Below are positions 41,513-50,566 of a stretch of 54,757 nt of DNA, in pieces (the stretch's first letter is position 1; every line of letters begins with the position of its first letter). Source of the stretch: an uncultured Candidatus Saccharibacteria bacterium (GTDB lineage: Bacteria; Patescibacteriota; Minisyncoccia; Phycocordibacterales; UBA918). Below the pieces are notes generated by a model, which was given only the letters and a program-made list of their open reading frames with translations, was not told the origin of the DNA and made no database searches. The position numbers and the translations under genes are program-made. The stretch is from positions 41,296-96,052 of the forward strand of contig CAZUWG010000001.1 in the NCBI GenBank assembly GCA_964624165.1. The letters run 5' to 3'.

Positions 41513-43267
41513 ATGTCTAGCGGCGATGCAAAAGAGCAAATCAAAGAACGATTATCAATTGTTGATGTGGTATCGCCTTATGTAGAGCTTTCACCTGCCG
41601 GAAAAAGCTTAAAAGGGAAGTCTCCATTCACGACCGAAAAAACCCCCTCTTTTTTTGTCTCACCTGATCGAGGAATGTACTATTGCTTTTCAACCAGTAA
41701 AGGTGGAGATATTTTTACATTTATTGAAGAAATGGAAGGGGTAGATTTTAAGGGTGCGCTTAAGATACTCGCCGAAAAAGCAGGTGTAGAACTTGTCCCA
41801 GAAGATCCTAGAAAAAAGAGCGAACGCGAACAGTTGTTTGCGGTCCTTGAAGCGGCGGCTGCGTGGTTTGAAGAGCAGCGTAAAGGTCAGAAAGTTGTGA
41901 ACGAGTATCTTGAAAAAAGAGGAGTAAGCGAAAAGTCGATGACTCTCTGGCGACTTGGCTATGCTCCCAATGAATGGCGCGCACTCAGAGAAGCTCTGCA
42001 GCTTCTAGGGTTTACCGACGAAGTGATGAAGAAGGCTGGGTTGATTAAAGGTGAAGCAGGAAAAGAGCCGTACGATGTGTTTCGTGATCGAGTCATGTTT
42101 CCTATTTTTGATGCTTCGAGTCGAGTGATTGCTTTTTCCGGGCGACTGCTTTCAAAAGATACCGAGGCACCAAAGTACGTAAATTCACCAGAGACAGAAC
42201 TCTTCAATAAGTCAGAAGCACTCTATGGCTATAATCTCGCGAAGGAAGGAATGAGGAAGCTTGATTTTGCTTTGATTGTAGAAGGACAATTTGATGTGGT
42301 GCTTTCGCACCAAGCTGGGTATAAAAATACTGTCGCTGTTTCAGGAACCGCCTTGACGCCTTATCATGTTGCTCTCCTGCAGAGGCTTACGCAAAGAGTT
42401 GTGCTGTCACTTGATGCTGATAAAGCTGGAATTGCGGCCGTGAAGCGCGCAGCGAGCGTGATGCTGCCCCGTGGAATTGATTTGAAGGTTGTTTCTTTGC
42501 CGCTTGGTAAAGACCCTGCCGACATGGTCTTAGAAGATATTGCAGGGTTTAAACGAGCAATTGCCAAGGCCAGTCATGTGGTACCATTTTTGCTTGAGGT
42601 AGTAAGAGAAAACACAAAAGACGAGCGTGCGTTCAAACTCCAAGCGCAAGAGGAAGTGTTGCCTATGTTGCCACTGATCAGCAATGCGATTGATAGAGAA
42701 CATTTCGAAGGCGTTATCGCAGATGTGCTTAAGACACGCAAGGAAGCGGTACACGAAGAGTTGGTGCGCCTGAAAGCAAAAGAAAGACCTCAGACAAAGC
42801 CGCAGCGTACTGCTGTCGTGGCTATACAGTCATCAGCTGCGGTAACACATAAAAAAACCACCGCCAAAGAACTTGACCTTACCTTGCGCGCAATTTTCAC
42901 ATTGCTCGACGTCGCCCACAAAGAAGTCGCTCGCTCTGTATATAAGAGCTTTGGACTGGGAGAGATTGATCGCGAACTGGACGCAACAGAAACAGCGCTT
43001 TTAAATAAGTATACGTTTCAGCTAGAGCCAATTTGGAATAAATTTCCTAAGCGCCAATTGCAAGAAGAGATTGTGAGTATGCTTGAGCAGGTGCGGGTAG
43101 CCTTCTTAAAAGAAGAAATGAGTATAGCTCAAACGAGCGTGCGTGAAGCTGAGTTGCGCGGCGACGAAGTCGCCGCGCAAGAAGCGCTCTCAAGTAGCGC
43201 AGCGCTTCATAAGAAGCTTTTGAATGAGGTGGTCACCACGGAGGTCTTTGCCGAGCAGACTGACTAG
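41513..43267 (+). CDS. dnaG: DNA primase
   Basis: EKTPSFFV zinc-finger-region remnant. Toprim (EGQFDVV, LSLDADKAGIAA). dnaG-rpoD synteny. Confidence 0.93.
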   Translation: MSSGDAKEQIKERLSIVDVVSPYVELSPAGKSLKGKSPFTTEKTPSFFVSPDRGMYYCFSTSKGGDIFTFIEEMEGVDFKGALKILAEKAGVELVPEDPRKKSEREQLFAVLEAAAAWFEEQRKGQKVVNEYLEKRGVSEKSMTLWRLGYAPNEWRALREALQLLGFTDEVMKKAGLIKGEAGKEPYDVFRDRVMFPIFDASSRVIAFSGRLLSKDTEAPKYVNSPETELFNKSEALYGYNLAKEGMRKLDFALIVEGQFDVVLSHQAGYKNTVAVSGTALTPYHVALLQRLTQRVVLSLDADKAGIAAVKRAASVMLPRGIDLKVVSLPLGKDPADMVLEDIAGFKRAIAKASHVVPFLLEVVRENTKDERAFKLQAQEEVLPMLPLISNAIDREHFEGVIADVLKTRKEAVHEELVRLKAKERPQTKPQRTAVVAIQSSAAVTHKKTTAKELDLTLRAIFTLLDVAHKEVARSVYKSFGLGEIDRELDATETALLNKYTFQLEPIWNKFPKRQLQEEIVSMLEQVRVAFLKEEMSIAQTSVREAELRGDEVAAQEALSSSAALHKKLLNEVVTTEVFAEQTD

Positions 43268-43367
43268 ACTTTTTCTCAAAGTAGCGTACAATGCCAAAAT
43301 AAATGTTAAGGAAACCACGGTCATAATACCGTGGTCATCTGTTGTATAACATTTTTTTCATATCGAA

Positions 43368-44690
43368 ATGCCGACCAAAAAGACAACAACTAAATCAAAG
43401 AAGGCACCAGCTAAAAAAGCTGTAAAAAAGGCAACAAAAAAAGTGGTGAGCAAAACGCCACCTAAAAAAACATCTGCCAAAACAAACAAAAAGACCGTAG
43501 CCAAAAAGACTCCGGCAAAAAAGGTGGTAAAGAAAGTAACGAAAAAAGCGGTAAAAAAGGTAGTAAAGAAAGTAGCGCCTGCTAAAAAAGTAAACGGAAT
43601 AAAAAAGCTTAGCAAAGCTGAGCGTGAAAAAGTAGCTAAATCCGGAGAACTCCTCACACTCGGACGTAACCGTGGTTATGTGACGTATGATGAAATCATG
43701 CGCTTTTTTCCATTGATCGAGCGTGATATTGAATTTTTGGATGATCTCTATGAACGCTTCCGGATCGCTGGCGTTGATGTGCTTAAAAGCGGAGGTATGT
43801 TGGGCGATGATCGTACTGAAGAACTATTGGCACAAAAGAATAGCTACCGGCGAAGTGAAAGTAGTCACGATTCAATTCAAATGTATTTACGTGAGATTGG
43901 GCAATACCCACTCCTCACTGCCCAAGAAGAAAAAGATCTCGCTAGACGCATTGAGGCTGGAGATGAAGAGGCGCGCAATCTCCTTGCCCGCGCCAACCTT
44001 CGTTTGGTGGTATCTATTGCCAAAAAGTACGTTGGTCGCAGCCCTGACCTGACGCTTCTCGATTTGATTCAGGAGGGTAACCTCGGTCTATTTAAAGCAG
44101 TTGATAAATTCGATTTTACAAAAGGCTTTAAGTTTTCTACTTATGCTACTTGGTGGATTCGTCAGGCGATTACGCGCGCCTTGGCAGATCAGTCACGAAC
44201 CATTCGTATCCCTGTGCACATGGTGGAAACTATGGCGAAGTATAAGCAAGTTTCTCGCCGCTTAGCACAAGACTTAGGAAGAGATCCGATGCCGGAAGAG
44301 ATTGCCGCTGAGATGGATATTGAAGTAGAGAAGGTGTACCAGATTGAAAAAATTTCTCAGGACACCATTTCACTTGAGTTGCCGGTTGGTGATGATGATG
44401 ATCGTTCACGTTTATCGGACTTTGTGTCTGATGATAAAATGGTTTCACCAGACCAGGAAGTCTCCCACAGCATTTTGGCAGATCAGATTATCGAGATCCT
44501 CGATACGCTTTCAGAAAAAGAGCGAAAAATTCTTGAAATGCGACACGGGTTGATTGATGGTACCTACCACACTCTTGAGGAAGTAGGAAAAGAATTTGGT
44601 GTGACGCGCGAACGTATTCGCCAGATTGAAGCAAAAGCCCTTGAAAAGATTCGCCAACATGAAAGTGCGCGGCGTCTAAAGTCATACTAG
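43368..44690 (+). CDS. rpoD: primary sigma-70 factor with lysine-rich N-terminal tail
   Basis: Regions 1.2-4 are recognisable ([42 protein letters not shown]). The first ~85 aa are AKK/VKK repeats. Confidence 0.95.
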   Translation: MPTKKTTTKSKKAPAKKAVKKATKKVVSKTPPKKTSAKTNKKTVAKKTPAKKVVKKVTKKAVKKVVKKVAPAKKVNGIKKLSKAEREKVAKSGELLTLGRNRGYVTYDEIMRFFPLIERDIEFLDDLYERFRIAGVDVLKSGGMLGDDRTEELLAQKNSYRRSESSHDSIQMYLREIGQYPLLTAQEEKDLARRIEAGDEEARNLLARANLRLVVSIAKKYVGRSPDLTLLDLIQEGNLGLFKAVDKFDFTKGFKFSTYATWWIRQAITRALADQSRTIRIPVHMVETMAKYKQVSRRLAQDLGRDPMPEEIAAEMDIEVEKVYQIEKISQDTISLELPVGDDDDRSRLSDFVSDDKMVSPDQEVSHSILADQIIEILDTLSEKERKILEMRHGLIDGTYHTLEEVGKEFGVTRERIRQIEAKALEKIRQHESARRLKSY

Positions 44691-44703
44691 AGAATAGGTA
44701 GAA

Positions 44704-44744
44704 TATAAAAAAGCGGCGGGCCAAAGGCCCGCCGCTTTTTTATA
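44704..44744. terminator. bidirectional terminator TATAAAAAAGCGGCGGGCC-aaa-GGCCCGCCGCTTTTTTATA
   Basis: Perfect palindrome between the convergent rpoD (+) and the transporter gene (-). Confidence 0.75.
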
Positions 44745-44749
44745 ACTAC

Positions 44750-46111
44750 TTAATGAGCGTCTACTGCTGACAAAGGTCCGAGCACAGTGCCTTCTTCCAA
44801 GGAGACACCTTCATGCGTCATAAAGTGTTCCGTAAAGAGGGTAAGAGCGGCTGTGGCAATAAGGAGACCGAGTATCATTGTTGGCACACCTTGCTTCATC
44901 CAGTCGATAAAGGTGATTGGATTGTCGGTCTTTTCAGACTTAGCAACCACGATCACTCCAGCTGTTGAGCCGATTGGAGAACCATTGCCACCAAAACCAA
45001 CACCAAACGCGAGTGCCCACCAGAGTAGGTCTGTTGGTACCCCTTGCGTACCAAGATAGGTGATAATAGGGATCATCGCGACCGTTAGCGGAATGTTATC
45101 AACGATTGCTGACAGTACGGCACTTGCCCAGAGGATAATCAGCGCAGTCATCAATAGATTGTTTTCTGCCCCAGCGGTAATGAGGTTGGCAGCGTGTTCA
45201 AGTACGCCCGCATATTCAAGTCCGCCGACAATCACGAAAAGGGAACCAAAGAAGAGCAAGACTGAGAGTTCACACTTCTCGATAATTGATTGGGGGTCAT
45301 GTTTTGGCGCAACCAGGATGAGTGCTAAAGCCGCACCAATAAGCGCAACCATCGCCGCTTCCAAATGAAGAGCCGAGTGTAGGAAGAAAAGTACCACTAC
45401 CAACGCAAAAACAAATAAAAGTTTCTTGAGAGTCTTTGGTTCTTTGATTGCTGCTCGCTCGTCCATAAGCATCAGCTTCTCGACGTTTTGAGGCTTCTTT
45501 TGTAGATCCTTGCGGAACATTATCCTAAAAAATGCCAATGTCGCCACCCACGTGACCAAAACAACAGGCAGTGAGTGCACGAGGAAGTCGTTGAAAGAAA
45601 AGCCAGCCGCTGATCCGATCATGATGTTGGGCGGATCTCCTACCAACGTACCAGTCCCTCCTACGTTTGACAGGAGAGCTTCTGCCATCAAGATTGGAAT
45701 GGGGTTAATCTTGATGATGTCAGCAATAATGATGGTAATTGGTACGATCAGGATAATGGTGGTGACGTTATCGAGAATCATCGATAGCGCAGCAGTCATA
45801 CCAGAGAGCGCTACCATCAATAGCCAAGGATTTCCTTTGGTTTTTTTGGCAGTCCAAATCCCTAGATATTGGAAGGCGCCCGTTTTTTCGAGCATACCCA
45901 CCAAGAGCATCATACCGAACAAAAGTCCGAGTGTATTAAAGTCCACAACATGGAGAAGGTCTCCAGGGTGATAAAAGTCAAAGTATATACCAGCCAGTAC
46001 CATCGAAACCGCCCCAAGCAAGCCAATCACTGTGCGGTGAATGCGTTCAGTTAAGATAAAGAAGAAGGTAATAGAGAAAATCGCGAGTGCAATCAGTTGA
46101 ATGTCTTCCAT
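44750..46111 (-). CDS. ArsB/NhaD-superfamily anion permease (453 aa)
   Basis: About 10-12 hydrophobic helices. Sequence style of the YbiR/citrate-transporter-like family. Substrate unknown. Confidence 0.75.
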   Translation of the reverse strand: MEDIQLIALAIFSITFFFILTERIHRTVIGLLGAVSMVLAGIYFDFYHPGDLLHVVDFNTLGLLFGMMLLVGMLEKTGAFQYLGIWTAKKTKGNPWLLMVALSGMTAALSMILDNVTTIILIVPITIIIADIIKINPIPILMAEALLSNVGGTGTLVGDPPNIMIGSAAGFSFNDFLVHSLPVVLVTWVATLAFFRIMFRKDLQKKPQNVEKLMLMDERAAIKEPKTLKKLLFVFALVVVLFFLHSALHLEAAMVALIGAALALILVAPKHDPQSIIEKCELSVLLFFGSLFVIVGGLEYAGVLEHAANLITAGAENNLLMTALIILWASAVLSAIVDNIPLTVAMIPIITYLGTQGVPTDLLWWALAFGVGFGGNGSPIGSTAGVIVVAKSEKTDNPITFIDWMKQGVPTMILGLLIATAALTLFTEHFMTHEGVSLEEGTVLGPLSAVDAH

Positions 46112-46119
46112 AAGCTACG

Positions 46120-46572
46120 TTAGTCTTTAATGCTGAGTGAATGAGCAATGATGTGTTTTAGTCCACGTCGAGAAATAATACCCAGCGGACGTCCTTCATT
46201 GTCGACGACAGGGATGCGGGCTTTTTGGCCGGCAATTGCAGCTGCTGCAATTGCCATCATCCCTTCCTCTTCAGAGACAGAAACCACGTTGCTGTCCATA
46301 AAGTAACGCACTTCTTTATCGCGAGTGTCTTGAATTGCTTCTTCAAACATTTCTTCACTTGCGAAGTGAGCGGCGATACTGTCGCCATCGAGGTATTCAG
46401 GGACAATAGCATCGAGTAAATCTGTGACACTAATCTCTCCCACGAGTTTGCCATCTTCACCAACTACGAGTAATGAGTTCGTCTGTTCGTTTACCATTTT
46501 TTGAACTGCGTCAAAAAATGTATCGCTCTCACCAATAAGTGAGGCTGGTTTTATAATTTTTGTTTTATCCAT
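46120..46572 (-). CDS. CBS-domain pair protein (150 aa)
   Basis: Two CBS repeats (..SLLVVGEDGKLVGEISVTDLL.. and ..IPVVDNEGRPLGIISRRGL..). Lies 8 nt upstream of the permease gene. Confidence 0.85.
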   Translation of the reverse strand: MDKTKIIKPASLIGESDTFFDAVQKMVNEQTNSLLVVGEDGKLVGEISVTDLLDAIVPEYLDGDSIAAHFASEEMFEEAIQDTRDKEVRYFMDSNVVSVSEEEGMMAIAAAAIAGQKARIPVVDNEGRPLGIISRRGLKHIIAHSLSIKD

Positions 46573-46694
46573 ACCCCAACATAATACTCTCTCTTGCCGA
46601 TTCGTAAAGTAGCGAAGCGCAAGAAATTATTAAGGTAACGACAACCGAGGCACTATACTCCCGCTTTGGTTTCCCTGCAAGTCCTATCTGCGGT

Positions 46695-49691
46695 ATGATG
46701 GTTGATAACATGAATACCGCATTTACGACTGATTATAAGAGACTTAATAAAGAGCAAAAAGCTGCCGTCGACGCTATTGAGGGTCCGGTGCTTGTGGTGG
46801 CGGGTCCTGGGACAGGCAAGACACAAATCCTTACACTCCGTATTGCCAATATTTTATTACAGACAGATACTGCGCCCGAGCAAATCCTCGCTCTGACGTT
46901 TACCGAAAGTGGACAAAAAGCAATGCGCGAACGTCTCGCAGTCTATCTTGGAAAAGATGCATATCGAGTGCCGATCTTTACTTTTCACGGTTTTGCCGCG
47001 TCAGTGATCGCGGAGTATCCTGAGTCATTTCCCGTCATAGCTGGCGGACGTTTGGCAACTGAAATTGATAAAATATCTATTATCAAAGAGCTTCTTGAGA
47101 GTGATATTTTTCGAGCGCTCAAACCGCTTGGTAAACCCGAACTGTTCGTAAAAGATATCGTGTCTATTATCGGCAATTTAAAGCAGGAATACGTGACGCC
47201 GGAACGTTTAGTGGAGGTGGTTTCTTTGCAGGAAGAAGCCCTGCAAGAAACAGTGATGTATCACGAAAAAGGTGCCCATAAAGGAAAAGTGCGTGGCGAG
47301 TACAAAGACCGAGAGAAACAACTTAAGAAGAATAAAGAGTTGCTTGAGCTCTATAGCCGCTATGAAGCAGTGTTACGTGAACGCACGCTCTATGACTTTG
47401 ATGACATGCTGGTATTGCTCGTGACGGCACTGCGGGAAGATGAATCGCTTCGTCTCGAGCTCCAAGAACGCTATCAATACATACTTGCTGATGAACACCA
47501 AGACGTAAACGGTACCCAAAATGAACTTTTAGAGCTTTTAATGTCGTATCATGATTTCCCGAATATCTTTGCGGTGGGAGATGAAAAGCAGGCAATATTT
47601 CGTTTTCAAGGAGCTTCGCTTGAAAACTTTTTACGCTTTGAAGAAACATTCACCGGTACAAAGCGAATTGAGTTGCGAACCAATTATCGCTCTACACAAG
47701 ACATTCTTGATACGGCTCACGATTTGATAGCGGTCGAGGAAGGGCCTTTAGCAAAGCTCCGGGTGCCACTGGTTGCTCATAGCAAAGACAAAGGCAAGCT
47801 GGGACTATTAGAGTTTTCTCATGAGGCAGTCGAGGATAGTTTTTTAGTTGAAGATATAAAAGCGCAGATTGCCGCAAAAGTAGCGCCTTCTGAGATTTCG
47901 GTTATCCTTAAAACAAATCGCGATGTTGCTCATGTCTCGGCACTGCTGCAAAAGGCTGGCGTGCCAGTCTTTGCCTCTGCGGATAGAGATGTACTGGAAG
48001 CGCCACTGACACAATATATTATGTCTCTTTTGCATTTTGTACAGCATCCTCAGGATGAAGTGCGAGCGGCTGAGGTCCTGCAGTATCCATTTTGGGATAT
48101 CGCGCCTGTTGATGTTTTTACACTACTTTCCTCACGCAGTATTGAGTGCCCCTTGTCCAAACTTTTGTTTACGCCAGGCGCATTAGAAACTCTCACTCTT
48201 GAAGCGCCAGAGAAGGTGCAGGCTATCGCAAAAGTTGTAAAGCAGGTACAACAAGCCATGCTTACGAAAACTCCAACCGAAACGCTTGCGATCTTACTTG
48301 AAAAAAGCGGCCTGTTATCCTACGTACTTTCGCATGACCCCTTTGAGGGAGTACGAGTGGTGCGTCGACTATATGATGAGTTTGAAAGTTTTTCACAGAC
48401 TGATACGACACTTTCCTTATCGGGAGCCTTAGCGAAGCTTGATCTTTTAAAGGCTTACAATATCTCGCTGTCTGCACAATTTATTAATGATGACACAGAC
48501 GCGGTCAGGGTAATGACCGCGCACAAATCTAAGGGCTTAGAATTTGAAGTAGTTTACATTCCTTATCTTAAGGACGCTGCTTGGGGAGGTAGGCAACATC
48601 GTCAAACGTTCAAGATTCCTCTTCGACTGCATGTTGATGCTGTGAAGGAACATGCTCAAGATGATGAGTTGCGCCTACTCTATGTAGCGATGACGCGCGC
48701 CAAGCGCGAGCTGCGTCTTTCGTACAGTGCTTTATCTCGTGAAGGGAAAGAACTGGCACTTTCACGCCTCCTTTTAGAAATTAATGAGACGAAATTACCA
48801 ACCCTAGACGCTTTACCTTATGAAAAACATTTTACGCCTTTGTCTGTCTTGGAGCAAAAAGAAATCCCAATCACTAAAGAAGCAGTATTCCGGGCGCGGT
48901 TTGTAAAAAAGGGATTTTCCGCTACGTCATGCAATAACTATTTTGAAAGTCCGTGGCTCTACTTTTATAGAAATTTACTCCAAGTCCCTGAGCTGCCTGA
49001 AAACTCTCTTCGTTACGGGACAGCCGTGCATGCTGTGCTTGATGCGATCGAACACCGCTTTGCACTCGCTGGTACATGGCCTGAATTTTCGGTGGTAGAA
49101 AAAGAAATATCGCGTCAATTTGGTAAGCTTCCTATCACAAAAGAAACGTATGCAGCGCTCCATCAGCAAGCGCTGGAGGAGTTGGTGGTGGCGTATGAGG
49201 CGCTTAAAAAAAGGACCACTCACAATAACGTACGTTCTGAGGTGAGTGTGAATACGGTCCTAAAGACAGGGCTGGCTGAGTTACCAGAGATACCGCTCAC
49301 AGGAAAGTTGGATCGAGTCGAATACGAAGATGGAATCGCAGTAAAAGTTCTAGATTTTAAAACGGGCTCTCCCAAGAGTAAAAATGAAATTATCGGCGCA
49401 ACAAAAAATAGCAACGGAAACTATCATCGCCAGTTGGTGTTTTATGCATTGCTACTAAATACGTTTGAGGAGCGAGAAATTGATAGGGAAGGAACGTTGT
49501 TTTTTGTAAAACCAACTGGACAAGGTGAAATAAAAGAAGAGACCTTTATCATTACGCCGGCAGATGTTGATGAATTACGCCAATTACTCATCGGAGTTGC
49601 AAAGAAAGTAATCGAAGGAACAATTCTTGACGAGGTACCGCCTGCTGATTTTTCTTATCGGCATCTTTTATCGTTTTGGAAGGAAGAGTAG
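46695..49691 (+). CDS. UvrD/PcrA-type SF1 helicase fused to a C-terminal PD-(D/E)XK (RecB-like) nuclease
   Basis: AGPGTGKTQ, LADEHQDVN, TAHKSKGLEFEVVYIP, LLYVAMTRAKREL. C-terminus has GKLDRVEY..VKVLDFKTG..YHRQLVFYALLL. Alternative start ATG 46710. Confidence 0.88.
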   Translation: MMVDNMNTAFTTDYKRLNKEQKAAVDAIEGPVLVVAGPGTGKTQILTLRIANILLQTDTAPEQILALTFTESGQKAMRERLAVYLGKDAYRVPIFTFHGFAASVIAEYPESFPVIAGGRLATEIDKISIIKELLESDIFRALKPLGKPELFVKDIVSIIGNLKQEYVTPERLVEVVSLQEEALQETVMYHEKGAHKGKVRGEYKDREKQLKKNKELLELYSRYEAVLRERTLYDFDDMLVLLVTALREDESLRLELQERYQYILADEHQDVNGTQNELLELLMSYHDFPNIFAVGDEKQAIFRFQGASLENFLRFEETFTGTKRIELRTNYRSTQDILDTAHDLIAVEEGPLAKLRVPLVAHSKDKGKLGLLEFSHEAVEDSFLVEDIKAQIAAKVAPSEISVILKTNRDVAHVSALLQKAGVPVFASADRDVLEAPLTQYIMSLLHFVQHPQDEVRAAEVLQYPFWDIAPVDVFTLLSSRSIECPLSKLLFTPGALETLTLEAPEKVQAIAKVVKQVQQAMLTKTPTETLAILLEKSGLLSYVLSHDPFEGVRVVRRLYDEFESFSQTDTTLSLSGALAKLDLLKAYNISLSAQFINDDTDAVRVMTAHKSKGLEFEVVYIPYLKDAAWGGRQHRQTFKIPLRLHVDAVKEHAQDDELRLLYVAMTRAKRELRLSYSALSREGKELALSRLLLEINETKLPTLDALPYEKHFTPLSVLEQKEIPITKEAVFRARFVKKGFSATSCNNYFESPWLYFYRNLLQVPELPENSLRYGTAVHAVLDAIEHRFALAGTWPEFSVVEKEISRQFGKLPITKETYAALHQQALEELVVAYEALKKRTTHNNVRSEVSVNTVLKTGLAELPEIPLTGKLDRVEYEDGIAVKVLDFKTGSPKSKNEIIGATKNSNGNYHRQLVFYALLLNTFEEREIDREGTLFFVKPTGQGEIKEETFIITPADVDELRQLLIGVAKKVIEGTILDEVPPADFSYRHLLSFWKEE

Positions 49692-49699
49692 AGACTAAA

Positions 49700-49746
49700 A
49701 ACAAAAGCAGCGAGCAGCACCGAAGGTGCTGCTCGCTGCTTTTGTT
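49700..49746. terminator. 22-bp perfect hairpin AACAAAAGCAGCGAGCAGCACC-gaa-GGTGCTGCTCGCTGCTTTTGTT
   Basis: Lies between the convergent helicase gene (+) and the DsbA-like gene (-). Confidence 0.7.
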
Positions 49747-49755
49747 GTCCTGCTA

Positions 49756-50508
49756 CTAGCTACTAGCTTCAAGTTGGTTGAGGAGGTTGTCAATGACTCC
49801 TTTTACTACCGAATATGGTTGAGCGCCGTTGATGGTGCCAAGCTGATCTCCCACCATTACAACAGTGAAAGGTGTACCGTTAGCGCCGATGGCCATAGCA
49901 TTTTGAAGATCGTCTTGCACTGCGCCAGCATGACGTCCAGAATCAAGGCAAGAGTTGAATTGTGCAGCATCTACACCGGCGGTTTTTGCAAACTCTTCTA
50001 GGCGTACGATATTGGTAGGCTCGTTTGTGTCTCGTTCTCCAAAGGCAAGATCAGAAAAAGTCCAGAATGCTTCGTTACCACCAAGCTCTGCTACACATTC
50101 AGATGCTTCGGCTACGCGGGTCGCATTCGGGTGACGAGCGGCTATAGGGAAGTGTCGATACACCCAACTCACATCACTCTCCACGCCGTATTCAGCGATG
50201 ATTTTGTTCATAGTGTCGTGGAAAGTCTTACAAAACGGACAGTCGTAGTCTGAGTATTCTATCAAGACAATTGCAGCGTTCGGATCACCAAGTACGTGAT
50301 CATCTTCAGTGAGCGGATTGATATTGCTAAGATCGCCGGCAATTTCCTGCTGTTCATTTGGCGCAGTATCACTTAAGGCTGCGGAGTTGCCTTGACTGCC
50401 ACTAAAAAAAATAGCAGCCGCAATCATGCCGAACCCGATCAAGATAGCGATTGGAATAAGGATGGTTTGCTGCCGCGGCGCTGGTGTAAACGATTGTTGT
50501 TGTTCCAT
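49756..50508 (-). CDS. membrane-anchored DsbA-like thiol:disulfide oxidoreductase
   Basis: N-terminal TM, thioredoxin-fold CxxC (YDCPFCKTFH). Confidence 0.85.
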   Translation of the reverse strand: MEQQQSFTPAPRQQTILIPIAILIGFGMIAAAIFFSGSQGNSAALSDTAPNEQQEIAGDLSNINPLTEDDHVLGDPNAAIVLIEYSDYDCPFCKTFHDTMNKIIAEYGVESDVSWVYRHFPIAARHPNATRVAEASECVAELGGNEAFWTFSDLAFGERDTNEPTNIVRLEEFAKTAGVDAAQFNSCLDSGRHAGAVQDDLQNAMAIGANGTPFTVVMVGDQLGTINGAQPYSVVKGVIDNLLNQLEASS

Positions 50509-50566
50509 AAAAATAATGCTGTATTAGTATCTCAATAGTATAGCATATGGTAGGATTGAGCTAACT

